Source: Camelus ferus (Eukaryota). From it: a stretch of DNA of 64,000 nucleotides. Shown here in pieces: positions 1 through 47,649 of the stretch (its first letter is position 1; every line of letters begins with the position of its first letter). Under the pieces are notes generated by a model that searched no databases, was not told where the DNA came from, and was given only the letters and a program-made list of their open reading frames with translations. The stretch spans positions 77,502,001-77,566,000 of the forward strand of contig NC_045697.1 of NCBI RefSeq assembly GCF_009834535.1, read 5' to 3'. The translations under genes and the position numbers were made by a program.

Positions 1-114
1 GTTGCAATCTTTATCTTCTCTGTTTTGTAATTCCCTCTCCCTCTCTTCCTTCCCCTCTTGCCTTCCTCCCTCCCTCCCTCCCCTCCCCTTCCTGTCCCTA
101 CCTCTTGCTCTCCT

Positions 115-200
115 GCTGATCTTTGTTTACTGTTGTGTCTCCAGTGCTTAGGCCAATCCCTGGCACACAATAGGTACTTAGTAAATGTTTATATGATAAT
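115..200 (+). mobile_element. L2 LINE 3'-end fragment
   Basis: tgtctccagtgcttagg...cctggcacacaataggtacttagtaaatgttt resembles the L2 3' terminus. Confidence 0.6.
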
Positions 201-805
201 ACAGATTTGTTTGACAAATACATGGAAAAATTAGAAAACAAGAGTTTTCTTCCCTTCCAGATTCTAAAGGGTTATTACATTTTTTTTTTAATGTAAAGAG
301 CAGCAAATATTTCAGTACTCCCATTTGTCTTAGAATCACATGGAAGAAAATTAAAAGTCAATATAACTGTCCCCCTACTGTCCTTGTGCTGACTGTCTTT
401 GTGACCCTTACAGGTCTACTCTCTCTCCTCCCCATGGTCTGTGGCCAAGAGGCTGAGATTCCTCTGGCTTTTACTGGTTTCAGCAGGAGCTGGGAGGTGG
501 TGAAGAGAAAGGAATGGTGGTATTTACACTTCTGGCTTTATCCCTGCCGGCCCACTGACACAGTCCCCTTCTTACTTTATCCTTTCACTGTGTATTTTAA
601 TTGCTGGGGATAAATATTGGGAAACTAATTAAAACACTGTGTTAAAAAAAAAACAATAGAATTTGTGGGCACGTTCTGACGTGTGTGAGAATGTGTGTGT
701 GCACATGCACACGTGCAATTGGGGTAGTTTAGAATGTCTGTCATTGCTTTTCAGTAAGTAAGAGGGGAAAGGAGTATTTTTGTTTAAAAAGTAAAGTTGA
801 TGTAA

Positions 806-33884
<33,079 letters not shown>

Positions 33885-34700
33885 AAACTGGAATTGAAAG
33901 TAAGCTCAAGAAGAACAATTATTGATGGCCAGTAGTATTTCATTTCAAAAAGTAGAGGAAAAACAAATTTTTGTTCTACTGTCTCTATAGCTAATCACCT
34001 ACTCAGCGTCAGAGACAAATACACATGGTGATTTTGTGTCTTCCTTCAAGTAGTCTCACTGCGGGTTTTCAAGTAAAAGTCACTGGGAGAATCACTGTAT
34101 AACTCATTAGAAACCAAAAGGGGGACAGTAGTGCTTTGTAAACTGTGTTGTCTTCTATAATCAGTACACACAGATTTTTTTACCTGCAGCCCCAGAAGAA
34201 ATCTGGGGTTAAAGCAATCAGTCATACAGTTACAATTTCTTTTATCTGGACAGAACATTTACCTTAATCTTATGAAATGGTTAGAATATTAAAATTATTA
34301 TTACAATACATTATAGGCATTTAATTTTTCATTAGTGTGGTCCATGCTGGTAATTTTGCAGAATAAATTTTGATAAATTAATGGAAAATGTACTAACTTA
34401 GAACCTGATCTCTTAAGAATTAGATGGCTTTTTTTTTTCTGTTTTAAAATCTTTGAATGAAAACACTGAACTTTTAAAACATTACCCAAGAGACTTGTGT
34501 TTCTCAGTCATTACTGTCCTTTCTCCCACAGTTTTTTTTTTCTAATGAAAATGGTAAATTCCCCCTTTGTGTGTTTGCACAGAATTTTTACTTATTTTCA
34601 AAATATGAGATTATAAGCAAATTACCTGATTTATTTTCATTTTGGACAGCAATCAGTTTCTTCTAGTTATTTAAATAAAATCAGCATTAAACGAAAATTT
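33885..34700 (+). other. EGF: EGF 3' UTR (3' end approximate)
   Basis: AT-rich sequence after the stop with no recognisable repeats; AATAAA at 34362 and 34674, ATTAAA at 34686. Confidence 0.6.
34674..34679 (+). terminator. Candidate polyadenylation signal AATAAA of EGF
   Basis: About 790 nt after the stop, followed by ATTAAA and T-rich sequence. Confidence 0.5.
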
Positions 34701-37274
34701 TATTGTACACTTAGTTAATAAGTTATAGTTTAATTTTTATGTGTAATTTATAATTTATTTATAATTTAATTTTAATTAAGGAGATGTTAGAGTCAAGCCA
34801 AAATGATTTACAAGCTTGCTATTGTTACTTTAGAAAAAAAAGAATTTGAAATCTCTCTGATGTTATAAAGTAAAATTTCACAAGGTGTTCCAATTAAATA
34901 TCATTCTTGCAGCCAAATCATTGTTACTATGAATTACACAACCTAATACAGTAACTGGATTGTTTTGGGCTTTGGATTATTCAGTTTATGCATTAACTAT
35001 TCCCTTTGCTTATCTTTTCTTTCCTTTCTCTTGAACTCCTTGGACTTTGGTTATACCAGAAGTCAGCATGAAAAGGAGTTGAAGCACGTCTCAGGTAGAT
35101 ACTTCTAAGTTTTAGTAAAGATTTGGTGAGGGGAGGATAACTTTTATTAATCATTCAGCATGACCCTTTCCCTCAGTTAATTCAGATTTTTCTGTATTCA
35201 GTTTTGCTTTAATTGACAGTTGATAACCTGGAGGGTCAGAAGAGACCTGTCTTTTATTTCTAATGAGTGAATTGACCCCAGAAAAACAATAGTCATAATT
35301 CCCTTAATGATGGGGAAGTTACATTCCTAAGGGTAAATATTTTTCCTTCTTCCACAAGTGAGCATTTTTCTTTTAGCACGTGTTTCTTTTAGGATTCCAA
35401 TGATAACCAAAGAGATAACATGAGACCACAGTGGCCCAAAACCTAGCATTAACTTTGAACCGTTATCTTCAAGTTGTTCAGTGACTTGATACCTCATAAA
35501 CTGGGACCATGTGTTCTTGACCAGGCTCAACACCGTCTCCCTAGTCAGAGGAAAGAAAAACACACACTTTGTGTCCTTTAGTCAGCAAGTCACCCTGAAG
35601 TGATTTTCTTTTGTTGATGTTCCACGTCTCTACTAGAAATATCCTTCTTTAAAAACCTGTTTGTAAAAAAGGACATTTTTATCTGAGATATTTGATTTGC
35701 ATTTTTTCCAGAGTGAATATTTTTGTTTCCTAAACCTCATGGTCTCATTGTGCACAATGCGTGACTGTGATTCTATTTGACTAAATGTCACCTACTACAT
35801 ATAGCATCAGCATTCTGCCTGCTTCTCCAGCACCTAATAGAAGGTTTAGCACACTCGATTCTTTTGAAACCATATGGTTCCAGGTCTACCTGTTAACCTT
35901 GATTTCCAACTTTTCATGTGAATAAATGATTATCGTGTGATAATTGAAAATATGTTAAAAGCACTAAATAAGAAAATATTAAAAAACATACATGCAAACC
36001 AACAAAAAGGCTGGGAGAAAGGAAATAGCTGGGTAATTCAAGCAGCTGTGACAGGCAAGATTTTGCTGTTTTGTTTTTACATTTTCTTCTTTTTTAAAGT
36101 CCTTAAATGAGAAGCTCTCTCCACATTGTTTCATGCTGAGTTCTTCAACTCCAGGTGTGCCTGAAGCAGAGTTCTTGCCCGTTTGGAACTTGTAGCCATA
36201 TGCTTACTTGTAGCCATAACAACGTAGCTCAGTAGGAAAAAATGTGACGGATGCTGAATCTTAATCACTCATATATCTGAAACAGACGTTAGCAAGCACA
36301 TAAATTACCTAGCTGGTGGTCATTTCCTTTTCTTGCCTCCTCTACAGTGAATAGTTGGCCTTCTGACATAGTTCAGTTTCCATTTCTGGTGGGCCAGAAG
36401 GAGCATTACGACATGCCATACTCAGCAAGTAAGCCTTTAGAGTGCATTCTAAACTTAAAGTGGTCAATCCCAGATTATTGCCTGAGTTACTTGGGTTCTT
36501 ATTTTCCATTTATACCACTCATCTGCCCAAATGATAAAGTATAATAAAGTGTAGTAAAACTGTATCTTTATGGATTCCTTTTGGAGTCAGGCACTTGTGT
36601 CTTGGTTTCTTTAGCTCTAAATGAGGCCTCCTTTGTGTGAAACAACTTAAAGTAACAGCAGCACCCATACAAACTAAGGTGTTTCTACCACTGAGTTATT
36701 GAGGTACACAAAGCCTTTCTGCTATAAACACCAAATATTCTTTTTTTTTTTTTTCAAATTTAGGATAGTGCTCTTTCTCTACCACTGTATGAAGCATGTT
36801 GAGCATAATTACATGTTTTCTTGATGACCTAAGAACCTCGTTACATACCAGCCATAATAGCATGCTACAGTTTTGTGATGTCAGAGCTCCTTTACTGCAT
36901 AGCAGAGGTCCTTAGAACTTGAGTCCAAATACTTTAACCTATTTATTTTTATTACTTCTATGGACTTTGAAGCTGTCAGCTCTCATGTCTCTATCAGTTA
37001 CCTTCCGTAGGCAGTCCTCCTCACCTTCCTTGTTGCTTCTGTTTTGTAAACTTTGTGTTCATATAACCAAGCAAGTTGGCACTGTAAGTAAAGTAAGAAT
37101 ACATGTGTATTGAAGGAGAGACTAAGAACATTTCCTGTATAAAGTACTGATGTTTTAGCTCATAAACTTTTGGCAGGTTGCATCCTTTTATTTTGTCCTT
37201 AGTCTTTCTCAGCTGCATTCTTAGAATGCAGATACGTAGATTCCAGGTAGACGAGGTGGTGTCTGCGTATTTAA

Positions 37275-37540
37275 TGGCAATACAGAATGTAGAGGTTAAG
37301 AAGATGGTCTCTGAAGTCAACAGATCTGGATTTGAATCCCGTTGTGTCACTTAGCTAGCTTTGTTACCTTGTTCAATCTACATAATCTCTCTCAACTTCA
37401 GTCTCCTCCTCTGTAGGTTGGAGAGAGTAACACTACTGCTGTCAGAGGATTGTTGTGATTTTAAATGAAATAATGCATGCCGAGTACTTAGCATAATGCT
37501 TACCACACAATCAAATGGTATTGTAATAGTTATTATTTTG
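37275..37540 (+). mobile_element. MIR SINE
   Basis: ggttaagaag...tttgaatccc...cacttagctagctttgttaccttg...cagtctcctcctctgta. Confidence 0.75.
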
Positions 37541-38892
37541 CCCCTTCTTGAGGCCACTGTATTCCTAGCATTAGTTTACACTGTGGTAACCTTGTTTGTA
37601 TTGTTTCTAGTCCAAGCAAATGGCACATGAAGACGGGGCAAAGAGCAGAGTCCTAAACTGCTGGGTCAAAATTTTAAGAGGCATAATGCATAAATATCAA
37701 GACAGATTAAGCATTTAATTTTATTTTTTACATTAAAATGACTACCTTAGACATACATGTTTGGGACTCAGTAATTTATTTATCAAGTTTCATGCATTAG
37801 GTAAAGAAAATTAATGACCATATTATTATGAGACAACACTGCCTTGATACAACTGGGAAAAGCATTTTTTGTTTTTATCTACTTTTTTTAAAGGCAGGAA
37901 ACTTAGAAGAGGCTTCTACTGAAAATCTTAGTTCACCTTCATAATTCAGACAGTAGACAAATATGTCATGTTTTATGAGACTAACACCCCCCTTTTTCTC
38001 CCCTTTTTTTTATAGTGAGATATTTATGTAACATTTGTTGGCAGCTGTTAAGCCAGCTAGAAATACACTGTAGAATGTGGACATTAGTTTTAAATACTTA
38101 TTAATTTGTTAGAGTTGGAGACAGCAGCACAAAAGACGCAGGTGGTAACTTCTAATGGTAGGTAAGAAAATACATAATTAGAGTTCTAGTACCACCTGAT
38201 CTGTCAATAGCAACTTTCCAAAATTTTTCATTATCATCACCTGCTTTTATTAATATTTTCACCTGTTGCCTCAGTAATAAGGAAATACTATCTAAAAAAC
38301 TGGAATGACTGGACTATGATTAAGCTTTTAAGCCATTTATACCCAAATCTCATTTAAACCTCCTTGTCCCATAGATGTGGGTATATATGATAGTTTGCAG
38401 TGAGGTCAAAAAGCCTTTGTATCTGTGGAATTAAAGTATTTTTCTCCAGAGTTCTTACATTTGCATTGTGCTTTTTAATTTACTAAAGATTTTTGTGTTT
38501 GTTATCTTATTTGACCTCATTAAGGAGAATTAATCCAAAGTATGATGTTAGTGGGGCAGATATTCTTTCCATTTTACTCACTCTTAAAGACTGTATCCAA
38601 AGCCAAAGGAAAGTGAAGATTAATAATAAAATACATTACTAGAAATAAAAATTACTTCATAATGATAAAATGTTCAGTTTGCCAGAAATATAGTCTAATT
38701 CTAAAATCATATACACTTAATACCCAGCCTCAAATATATAAAGCAAAAAATTGACAGCTTGCAAGAAGTATTGAAGAAAACACTATTATAGTAGCAGATT
38801 TTACCGTACTACTCTTGGTAATTAATAAACTTAGGAGACAAAAAAACTAGTAAGGATATAGAGACTTTAAAGTATAATGATTACAATTGGAG

Positions 38893-38920
38893 ATATATAT
38901 ATATATATATATACATACAT

Positions 38921-38952
<32 letters not shown>
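38893..38952. repeat. (TA)n(TACA)n microsatellite
   Basis: Direct reading. Confidence 0.9.
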
Positions 38953-38954
<2 letters not shown>

Positions 38955-39719
38955 AAAACATATAGAAATTCATGAACATTAGTTTGTGTTAATCCATAAC
39001 GTAGCTTCAAGAAGTTTCACAAGACATAAGTGCAGTAATGTAGACCATATTCTCTGAACATAATAAAATTGAGTTAGAGTTAACTCATAAGTGATAGTGA
39101 GATTGCTTGGAAATTAGAAAAACACTTCTAAATAACAAAGGTCAAAGATGAAATCATAATGGAAATTAGAACATAGAAATGAACAGTTGTGAAAATTCTA
39201 TATACCACAACTCATGGAACATAACTAAAATGACAGAGGGAATTTTATAGCTTTATTTCCTTAAATTATACGGGAAAAAAGACTGAAAATTAGTTAAGAA
39301 GCACCCAACTGAAGTAGTTAAAAAAAAGTTGAATAAATCCAAAGAAAGTGTAAACAAAGATATGTATCATAAAGAGCAGAAATTACTGAAAATAGGAAAA
39401 AAATATAAGAATTTTAAAAGCCAAAAGTTAGTTGTTTGAAAAAATTTAACAACTATGCGACAAAATTAATCAGAGGGAAAAAGAATAAACAATTATATAG
39501 GGTTACAGATGAAAAGAGCATACAACTATAGGCATGGTAGCAATTAAAAAGAGAATAGTATGAATAACTATGACAATATAATTTTAAGTTTAGGCCAAAT
39601 AGACAATTGCCTAGGGAAAAAATCCAGCTTACCAAACTTTCAGAGAAAGAGTAGTTTTAAACCCATTAAAGAAACTTAAAAATTTTAAATTCTTCCTTCA
39701 AGGAAAGTACTAAGCATTT

Positions 39720-40265
39720 CATGTTTGATAGCTTTGCATTGTGCCAACTTGGTAAACTGGAACTGTTCCCCAGAATTTCATCCTTTATTGTTTTGGTGAT
39801 AACAGTTTATCATCAAGGTTAGATGCAGTGAAAGACATATATACAGGTACTGGCTAGTCCTTACTCTTCCCTATGGTGGTTGCCAGGTTACAGATTGTAC
39901 TCCTTCTCCTTTACCTGGTGTTCATCTGTTTTTCCTGATTGACCAGTGATCCCAGACCCCTCATTAGACACAGATGCAGAAGTCTTCCATTGACTTCCTC
40001 ACCAGCTCTGCTGCAGCTACCATGAAAGGTGAGAGTGCCTGGCTTTACAGATTTCTCTGCAAACTACCTCATTCATGAATTCCATTGCATCAAGATTGCT
40101 GATCAGTGACTTTTCTCTGATCCTCCAAATCCCCTCACTGGACCTTACTATCTTAGTTCCCCCTGAAAGTGTGTAAGATCTAATTTCTATAATAAATTAT
40201 TTATTCTGTAATACTTTATTTCCATAAGAAAGTAGTTTGCTTTCTTGATTTAATCTTAACTGATT
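39720..40265 (+). mobile_element. ERVL-type solo LTR
   Basis: Begins tgtttgatagctttgcattgtgccaacttggtaaactggaac; aataaa near the end; terminates ...cttaactgat. Confidence 0.55.
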
Positions 40266-40352
40266 TAACAGGAAGATTCAACCAAATATTCAATATACAG
40301 CTAATTCTTGTATTACACAAATTCTTCCATAGAATAAAAAAAAAAGGAAAAT

Positions 40353-41290
40353 GAGAAGATATACAGATGGCAAATAAGCATCTAAAAAGATGCTCCACGT
40401 CATCTTTAATTTGCATTTTAAAAAAATGAGATGCTGCTACACACCTATTAGAATGGCCAAAATCTGAAACACTGACAACACCAAATGCTAACAAGGATTT
40501 GAAACAGGAACTCTAATTCATTGCTTGTGGAAATGCAAAATGATACAGCCACTTTGGAAGACAGTTTGGTGACTTCTTATAAAACTAAACCATTTGATCC
40601 AGCAATAAACCTTACGGTATTTACTCAAAGGAGTTGAAAATTTACCTCCACACAAAAACCCACACATAGGTGTTTATAGCAGCTTTATTCAATATTGCCA
40701 AAACTTGGAAGCAACCAAGATGTCCTTCAGTGGGTGAATGGATAAATAAACTGATAATCCAGATAATGGAATACTGTTTAGCACTAAAAAGAAATGAGCT
40801 ATCAAAGCTACGAAAAGATGTGGAGAGATCTTAAATTCATATTTGTAAGTGAAAGAAGCCAACCTGAAAAGGCTACATGTATGGTTCTAACTATGACATT
40901 CTGGAAAAGGCAAAGCTTCGGAGACAATAAAAAGATCAGTGGTTGCCAGCGGTTAAGGGGGAGGCATGACTAGGTGGAACACAGAGGATTTTTTAGAAAA
41001 GTTAAAATAATCTGTATGAATACTATAAATGTATATATGTCATAAATTTTTTCCAAACTCAGAGAATGTACAGCACCAAGACTTTGATAAGGAAAACTGT
41101 GGACTTTGGGTGATTATGATGTGTCATGTAACTTCATTAATTGTAACAAATGCACCATTCTGATGGGGGAATGTCAATAATGGGGGAGGCTATGCCTGTG
41201 TAGGTTCAAGAGTTATATGGGACATCCTTGTACCTTCCTTTCAACTTTGCTGTGAACCTGAAACTACTCTAAAAATACAGTCTTTTTTGT
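40353..41290 (+). mobile_element. L1MC1-like 3' end
   Basis: gaagatatacagatggcaaataagca...ggactttgggtgattatgatgtgtc...tttgctgtgaacctgaaactactctaaaaat; aaaggaaaa on both flanks. Confidence 0.85.
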
Positions 41291-41453
41291 TTAAAGGAAA
41301 ACGGTCCCTACCTCATCTTATGGGGTTAATATAACCTTTATTTCTAAAGTAAATAAAAGCTAGTAAAGCTTGTGCTAGTAAAATCTAGCACAATAAAGAA
41401 TAATTATAGGCCAAATTCAATTATGAGTATAGATAGAAAACATCCAAACAAAA

Positions 41454-41603
41454 TATTAACAAATGAATTTGGCAATATATTTAAAAGAACATATCATGAC
41501 CAAGTGGCAATTATAACTGAAATTCTGTTATTAACAAATGAATTTGGCAATACATTTAAAAGAACATATCATGACCAAGTGGCAATTATAACTGAAATTC
41601 TGT
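41454..41603. repeat. 75-bp tandem duplication, two copies, one mismatch
   Basis: 41454-41528 versus 41529-41603; also visible as a repeated peptide in ORF 41372..41629. Confidence 0.95.
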
Positions 41604-44600
41604 TTAAATATTTAAACCAATTTGTATAAAAGTAACAAATCAAAAGAGAAGAACACTTTAATAAATGCAGAAATGTTTTTAATAAAATTCAAGATCCATT
41701 CATGACAAAATCTTAGCAAAATACAAAGAAAAGTTAAATTCCTTAATTTGATGAAGAAAAATCTACCAAAATCCCATAGCAAACATTATATTTAATGGTG
41801 AAATGTTGAAGATCAGAGTCAGGAAAATGATGCCTAGCATCACTTCCATTCAACATTTAGCTAGATGTTGTAGACAGTAATTTGACAGCACAGTAATATT
41901 CTCAAAACAGTAAGATTTTTTTAAAAATGTAAGGTTTGAAAATAAGGAACTTACACACTCATTATTTTGAGGTGATACACTGTTCAAAGAGGACACAAAA
42001 ATATCTACATTTAAATTGCAAGAAGTGATACAAAATCATTATACCTCAGTAACACTAACTAGAAAATATAGTTAAAATATATATTACTTACGATAGTAGT
42101 ATAAATATGAAGTAACCATGAATAAATCTAACAGGGTCCAGGCCTATTTTGGAGAAAATTAAAAACTTGATTAAAAGACATGAAAGATGTATGCTAAAGA
42201 AAGTAAACCATGTTCATGGATGGGAAATCTTAGTATATCTCCTCAAACAGATATTTAGATTCAAAAAATTTTAATAAAAATCTCCTGTTTTTAAAATAAA
42301 ACTTGACAAACTGATTTTAAAATTTAAATGGAAAGGTCTAGTTATAAAAGTCATTGACAAATAATTCTGAAATGTAGTTTTCTTTGGCACTAGGAGAGGA
42401 TGCCTGCAGTGATGGGTGTCCAGGGCTTCTGAGGTCCTGGTTATGTTCTAGCTGTAAGTCTCAGTGGTAGGTACACAGGTATTTCTATTACTATTATTCC
42501 TCTGTAAACTACCCATATGTCATACAAAAAATGTGGAAAAAATGTATATTTCACAGTTACAAAAAAAAAAAAAAAGGTGAAAAGAACAAAAAGAAATTGT
42601 CTGTAAATTCTACTGAGCACTTGATGGATTCCAAAGCAGAATTATTGACATTCCTTGCATTTGTCTGGGTTGGGTTTTCTGAACTCTGGATCCCTGAAGC
42701 CATGAAGCATGTATGCCAAATTAACATGTTTCTGAGCTGGGAATTTTCCTCCACAGTTGAAAGAGCCTGAAGAGAGGCAGAGAATGCTGTTTATCACACA
42801 CTTTGAACACTTTGGGCAAGTAGAGGGATACAAAAGAGGAATGAGATAATGGAGGTTATGAGGAAGGACAGGCTGTGTTCAACCTAGGAGGCACTACATA
42901 GAAAAATTTAAAAAATTGGCATTTGGAGTCTCATAAGAAATTACCTGGTTGGGGATGGTAAAAAAAAAAATGATGTTCATAATTATAATGAGAAGGGGTA
43001 TTCAAGTTCTGGTGATTTGATTTGCTTCATTCTTCTATTAACAAATCTGACTTTCAGCAATTCATTGTCTAGGTTTTCCCCTTAACTTTCAGTTTTAAAT
43101 TCTGCTTTTCGTATCCTTGTAAAACTCTCTATAAAACTGCTAAATTATTCAACAGATTTATACAGCCACGCATATGCTTGCCCTGAACCGGAAATGATAA
43201 TGAAACTATACTTTCTGCATTCATGAGATAATTGATAGGGATAATTTTTTAAGCAATTAAAATAGAGAGGAAATAAAGATCACAAATTCAAGAAAGCAGA
43301 AGCTTCAAAGTCCTCTGCCTCTAAAAATTTCTTAACCCTCTGCCATATTAGAACTCTTGGAACCAGTTTTTGTTCTTTTTTCATTCCAAACTCAGATTTC
43401 TTTCAGTTTGTCTCTTGGACACCAAATGACTTTTTATTCTCACAATTGTTAACATTTTCTTATTCAAAAACTGTTATAAAACTCAGCAGAGTTCTCAGAT
43501 AGTAAGGCAAATAGAAAAATCTGGACTCAGTGATCACTCAGATTCCTAAGTCAGTCATCTACTCATGAATAGAAGAGGGAAAGGAGCCTTTATAATCCTA
43601 GCCCTGCAACTGGACCATTTTAGAGATACAACATATCCTAAAAGTCATCTAGTTCCATGCTCAAAGTAGAATTTTCTCTCCCAAGTCTCTGAAGAGGGCC
43701 CTTTGGCTTCAGCTTTCAACTTAAGACTTGTGTCACAGAGAGCTTGGTACTTCAAAAGACAGCTTGTTATGCCACTGGAGCTGTAAGAAAATTCTTCCTT
43801 ATAGAGAGGCGTAATAGCTATCCAGCAGGCTGACTCTGACATCAAGTCAGAGAAAGACCAATTCTTCATTTAATTCTTAAAATAATTGGAAAATTTTGTC
43901 TCCTTTTTCAAGTCATGTCCCCTGAAAATCTTCTTTTCCAGAAGTCAAATAGCCCTGCTTTTGTTGCAATTATATTTTCAGACCTTTCAGATGTAGTTCA
44001 GACTATGCCTCTCTTTGGAGATCTAACTCCAGGGTGTCAGTGTCCTTTCTGAAGTGAGATGTCCAAACTGAGCACCATACTGCAGATGTAGCCCAGATCT
44101 TGTGGAGAACTAAGTTATTTATTTCCCCTTTTGCACTAAGCTTCCGAAATCTTGTTAGTTCTGATAGAAACTACATCACACAGGAAGCTCATATAGAAAT
44201 AATCAGGGATTAAAATCAGACCGCCACTGGAGCTGCTTGCCCTGATAAAAGTCACCACAGGTCATAGGGCATGCATCCAAGATGTGAAGTGAAGTGAAAG
44301 ATCCCTGGGTCCAAGGATTGGGCAGGAATATCAGGAGTTGGGACAATTCTCTCAATCCCTTGCGCCAGGGCCTCTTGTCACTGCTTCTCTTGGCAGGTCT
44401 GCTCTGCTCTCTTCTGACAACATGCCCTCTTCCAGTCCTTTATGTTTCCTTATAACTTTGGCTTGCCTATGCTCCAGCATGCCATGAAACCAACCTAGCC
44501 CAAATTCTACAAACCTTTTATTGAAGTTTCCCCTCCCGAGCATCCAGCTCTGTATCTCTCAAACTTTTGTGTATGTCCACAAAATCACATAGAGATGTCA

Positions 44601-47600
44601 AAAATGCAAAGGATGATTCAGTTAAGTCTAAGGGAAGGAGTGTATATTTTAAACAAATTCTCAGCTGATGTGGATGCTGCTAGGCCACAGATCACACTTT
44701 GAGCAGCAAATAAATCAGGATGCAGCTGATCCAGTTTCCCAATTCCCAACTCCTGGTGGAAGGAATCTGATTATCTTGGTTTAATTTTGGTTTGTTCACC
44801 CCGGGTCACGCTGCTCCAGTTAGCCACTGACAGGAGAATTAAATGGATAAAATACTAACACGGCCACCTTGGTCAGCCCTTTCAGCAGGACCAATGGGTA
44901 GACTGAGTAGTTCAAAAATGCTAAAATGCATCTAGGCAGGGGTCAATTAAAACCCCAGATAATTTTTATACAAATGGTTCACTAAGCTAAGTTTTGATTT
45001 TGTCCTTATACAATTTTTCCAATGGGAAAGACTGTCATTTTCCAATGTAACTGGCATGGTCCTGATTTTCTTTAAATCCTGTCTGCACAGTTAAGATAAA
45101 TTTGTTTCTGATGTTTGAGGTTTATGCCTGTCAAAATATTCCAGAAAAGAAAGGAAATTATGAATTATCTTCTTAAAATAGGTTTTCATACTTTAGATTC
45201 TATTCTTCTATCATTATAGTGAGGTTTTTTAAGAAAAGAAAGAGTTTCTCTCAGGCAGATATCCTAAAGGAACCCTTTATATTGCATTCTTCGTCTTTGT
45301 TCCAGGCCCTGAACGCAGTGCAATTATAACAGTCAAATGTCCCTTTTCAATATCTTCTCCAGGTGGGCCCCTATGGCCCTTCCAGGGATCTGTGAGTGCA
45401 GTTCCCAAACTGTGTGAATGATGTCTAGAGGGAAACATTGTAGTTCAAAACCAGGACCTGTACCCTACACCCCCTGCTCACATGACATGCAGGAAGCTGA
45501 CTTCCCCACTACATTAAGGCTACTGGGAACAATGCCAGCATTCTACTTTCACTCCTGAATGATGCTTACTCCTTGCTGGTGATCCTGCAGTGCTTCCCCA
45601 TTCCGATTGGCTCCAATGTTTCTTTAGTTTCAAGTACATAGGTAGTTTTTGGAGATAGAAGTCCTTGAGTGAGTGTGCAGTGGAGAGGGGATGATGGGGA
45701 TGAATGAGTCAGGATAATGAGAAGGTTCTCTGGCATGAGACTGGAGAGGGTAAGGAAGTGATTCTAGCTCAGGGAGCCTAGGAAGGAACCCTAAAGCAGT
45801 TCATTTCAAGCCTGGATTGTCAGAGTTGGTCCTATTGTTCAATTACTTTTTAAAAACTAGTCCTAGAAAACCATGTGATCTGTTCGAGGTTTTCAAGAGG
45901 TCTTCCATTATTCAGAGAATTGATACGTTAATTTAATCAGAATCTTGGCTTCCTTTCCATCTCTTCATTTTGTCAATTAAGAGGCATAGCCTCAGTAGAT
46001 GGATTCATTTTGTATGCAAAGAAAATCAAAGTGCTCTGAGAGATATGTTGGGCCAAAAACACACTCACCTGGGACCATAGTAGAGATCAATTTCAAGCCC
46101 ATGAAAAATATATGTCTTTGTGTGAGGCTGTTGGCATCTGTATCACTGCATTATGCGTAATCTCTACCATGTTCATGGTGCATCTGTTCATCACACTGTT
46201 TAAACAAGTTTTCCGTTTTTGCCAAATGGTAGGTATCAAGACTGAATCCATAGTTTCCTCACTCTGGTTCTCTTGGCACGAGCTTCTCTTGTCCTTTTTC
46301 TTAGCTATCTGTAGTCTATCTTTGGTTATAGTCATAGAAGTTTGACCTCTTCCCTTAGGAGGCAGTATTGAAGGCTTATAGTCTTAATATTTGCTCAATA
46401 ATTTTTTTTTGCATCACTGTCATTTTTTAAAAATTTCAAATAAACTTGTTACCATTACTTAGTCTAAATGTAGACCCCATCTAGGTAGTTAATAAGTATA
46501 ACTTTCATGTAGATATTTTAATAAGAAAAAACATAGATCTGATTCCTACCTTCTGTTTGCTTATACACATATACACAGATATGAAGCAAATAGCAATGTG
46601 GGTTTCTTTTTTTCTAAAAACAATTAATTTATTATTAATTTTAATGCTAGATTATACAAAATGGAAGCTTGCATTTGAATGACAATTCCAAAACTGAGTC
46701 ATTATAATTGCCTAATTAGAGTAATTTTTGCATTTTACAGACATTGAATTTTTGGATACAAAAAGCAAGTAGAAAGCCCATGTGCCATTTTTTTTTCCTC
46801 CACAAATTTAATCTATGCTAATAGCTATTTAAACTCTTTCAGACTGCTGAATAGGTGTCTTTAGTGCTTTTCTTTTCTTGATCAAGATAGTAATTGTCAT
46901 GTCTTAAAGCCTCATCATTTTGTTTATTCTGCCTTTGTCCCAAATCTCCTGTTCTAACTTGTTTTGTATTGCTTGCTCTGCTGTTCCAGCTTTCTCAATT
47001 TCTTTTGAGTAAGGACAATCATTTAAACCTTGTGAATGACAGTCACTAATTTGTCACACAAAAATATTTTAGTCCAAATCACTATTGATATAGGTTGTTA
47101 CTGGATTCAAATATTTGATAACTGCATATTACAGCTTAAAGTTCCCTGCTGAGCTTTAACAGTAACTCAGGCAAACACTTCTGAAACTTACCAAGTTCCA
47201 TTATGGTCAGCTTTGATTTTTTTCCATCATGTTCTTAAATTAGAGACATATTTGAGCAACAACCAAGACTTCCAAAAGCCAAATACCTCTCTTTTCCTAA
47301 ACTATGACTTTTCTGAAGGAGAATAGAGCTCATTTACAAATTTTAGTCAGTTGTGCCTTTGTTTCAGAAAAGCTTGGAATTGAAACAAATTGGGGGAAAT
47401 GTGTAATTTTTGACATGAAAAGTGGAGGGATGGATATGAACCTAAACCATAAATTTTCCCCACAGCTTTAAAGGCTTAAACAGAGCTGGAAAAATGTTCT
47501 TTTGCAAATCTAGATGTCAAGAAAAGCAAGTTTCTGCTGCAGCAGTGTTTGCAGGCTGTGAACAAGGACTACTAGAGGGAGGAGAAGTCCTTTCAAGTGG

Positions 47601-47649
47601 CAGCTATGTGGACAGTTTATTTGAATGGTTGGGTGTTTACTTTTCATCC

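Larger units (their letters stand above)
38590..42560 (+). mobile_element. Ancient degraded L1M (ORF2 region to 3' end), interrupted by an LTR (~39720-40265) and a younger L1MC (~40353-41290)
   Basis: A-rich ORF2-like remnants (cctcaaatatataaagcaaaaaattgaca; acatatcatgaccaagtgg; aaatgcagaa...ataaaattcaa; ccatgttcatggatgggaa). Confidence 0.7.
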
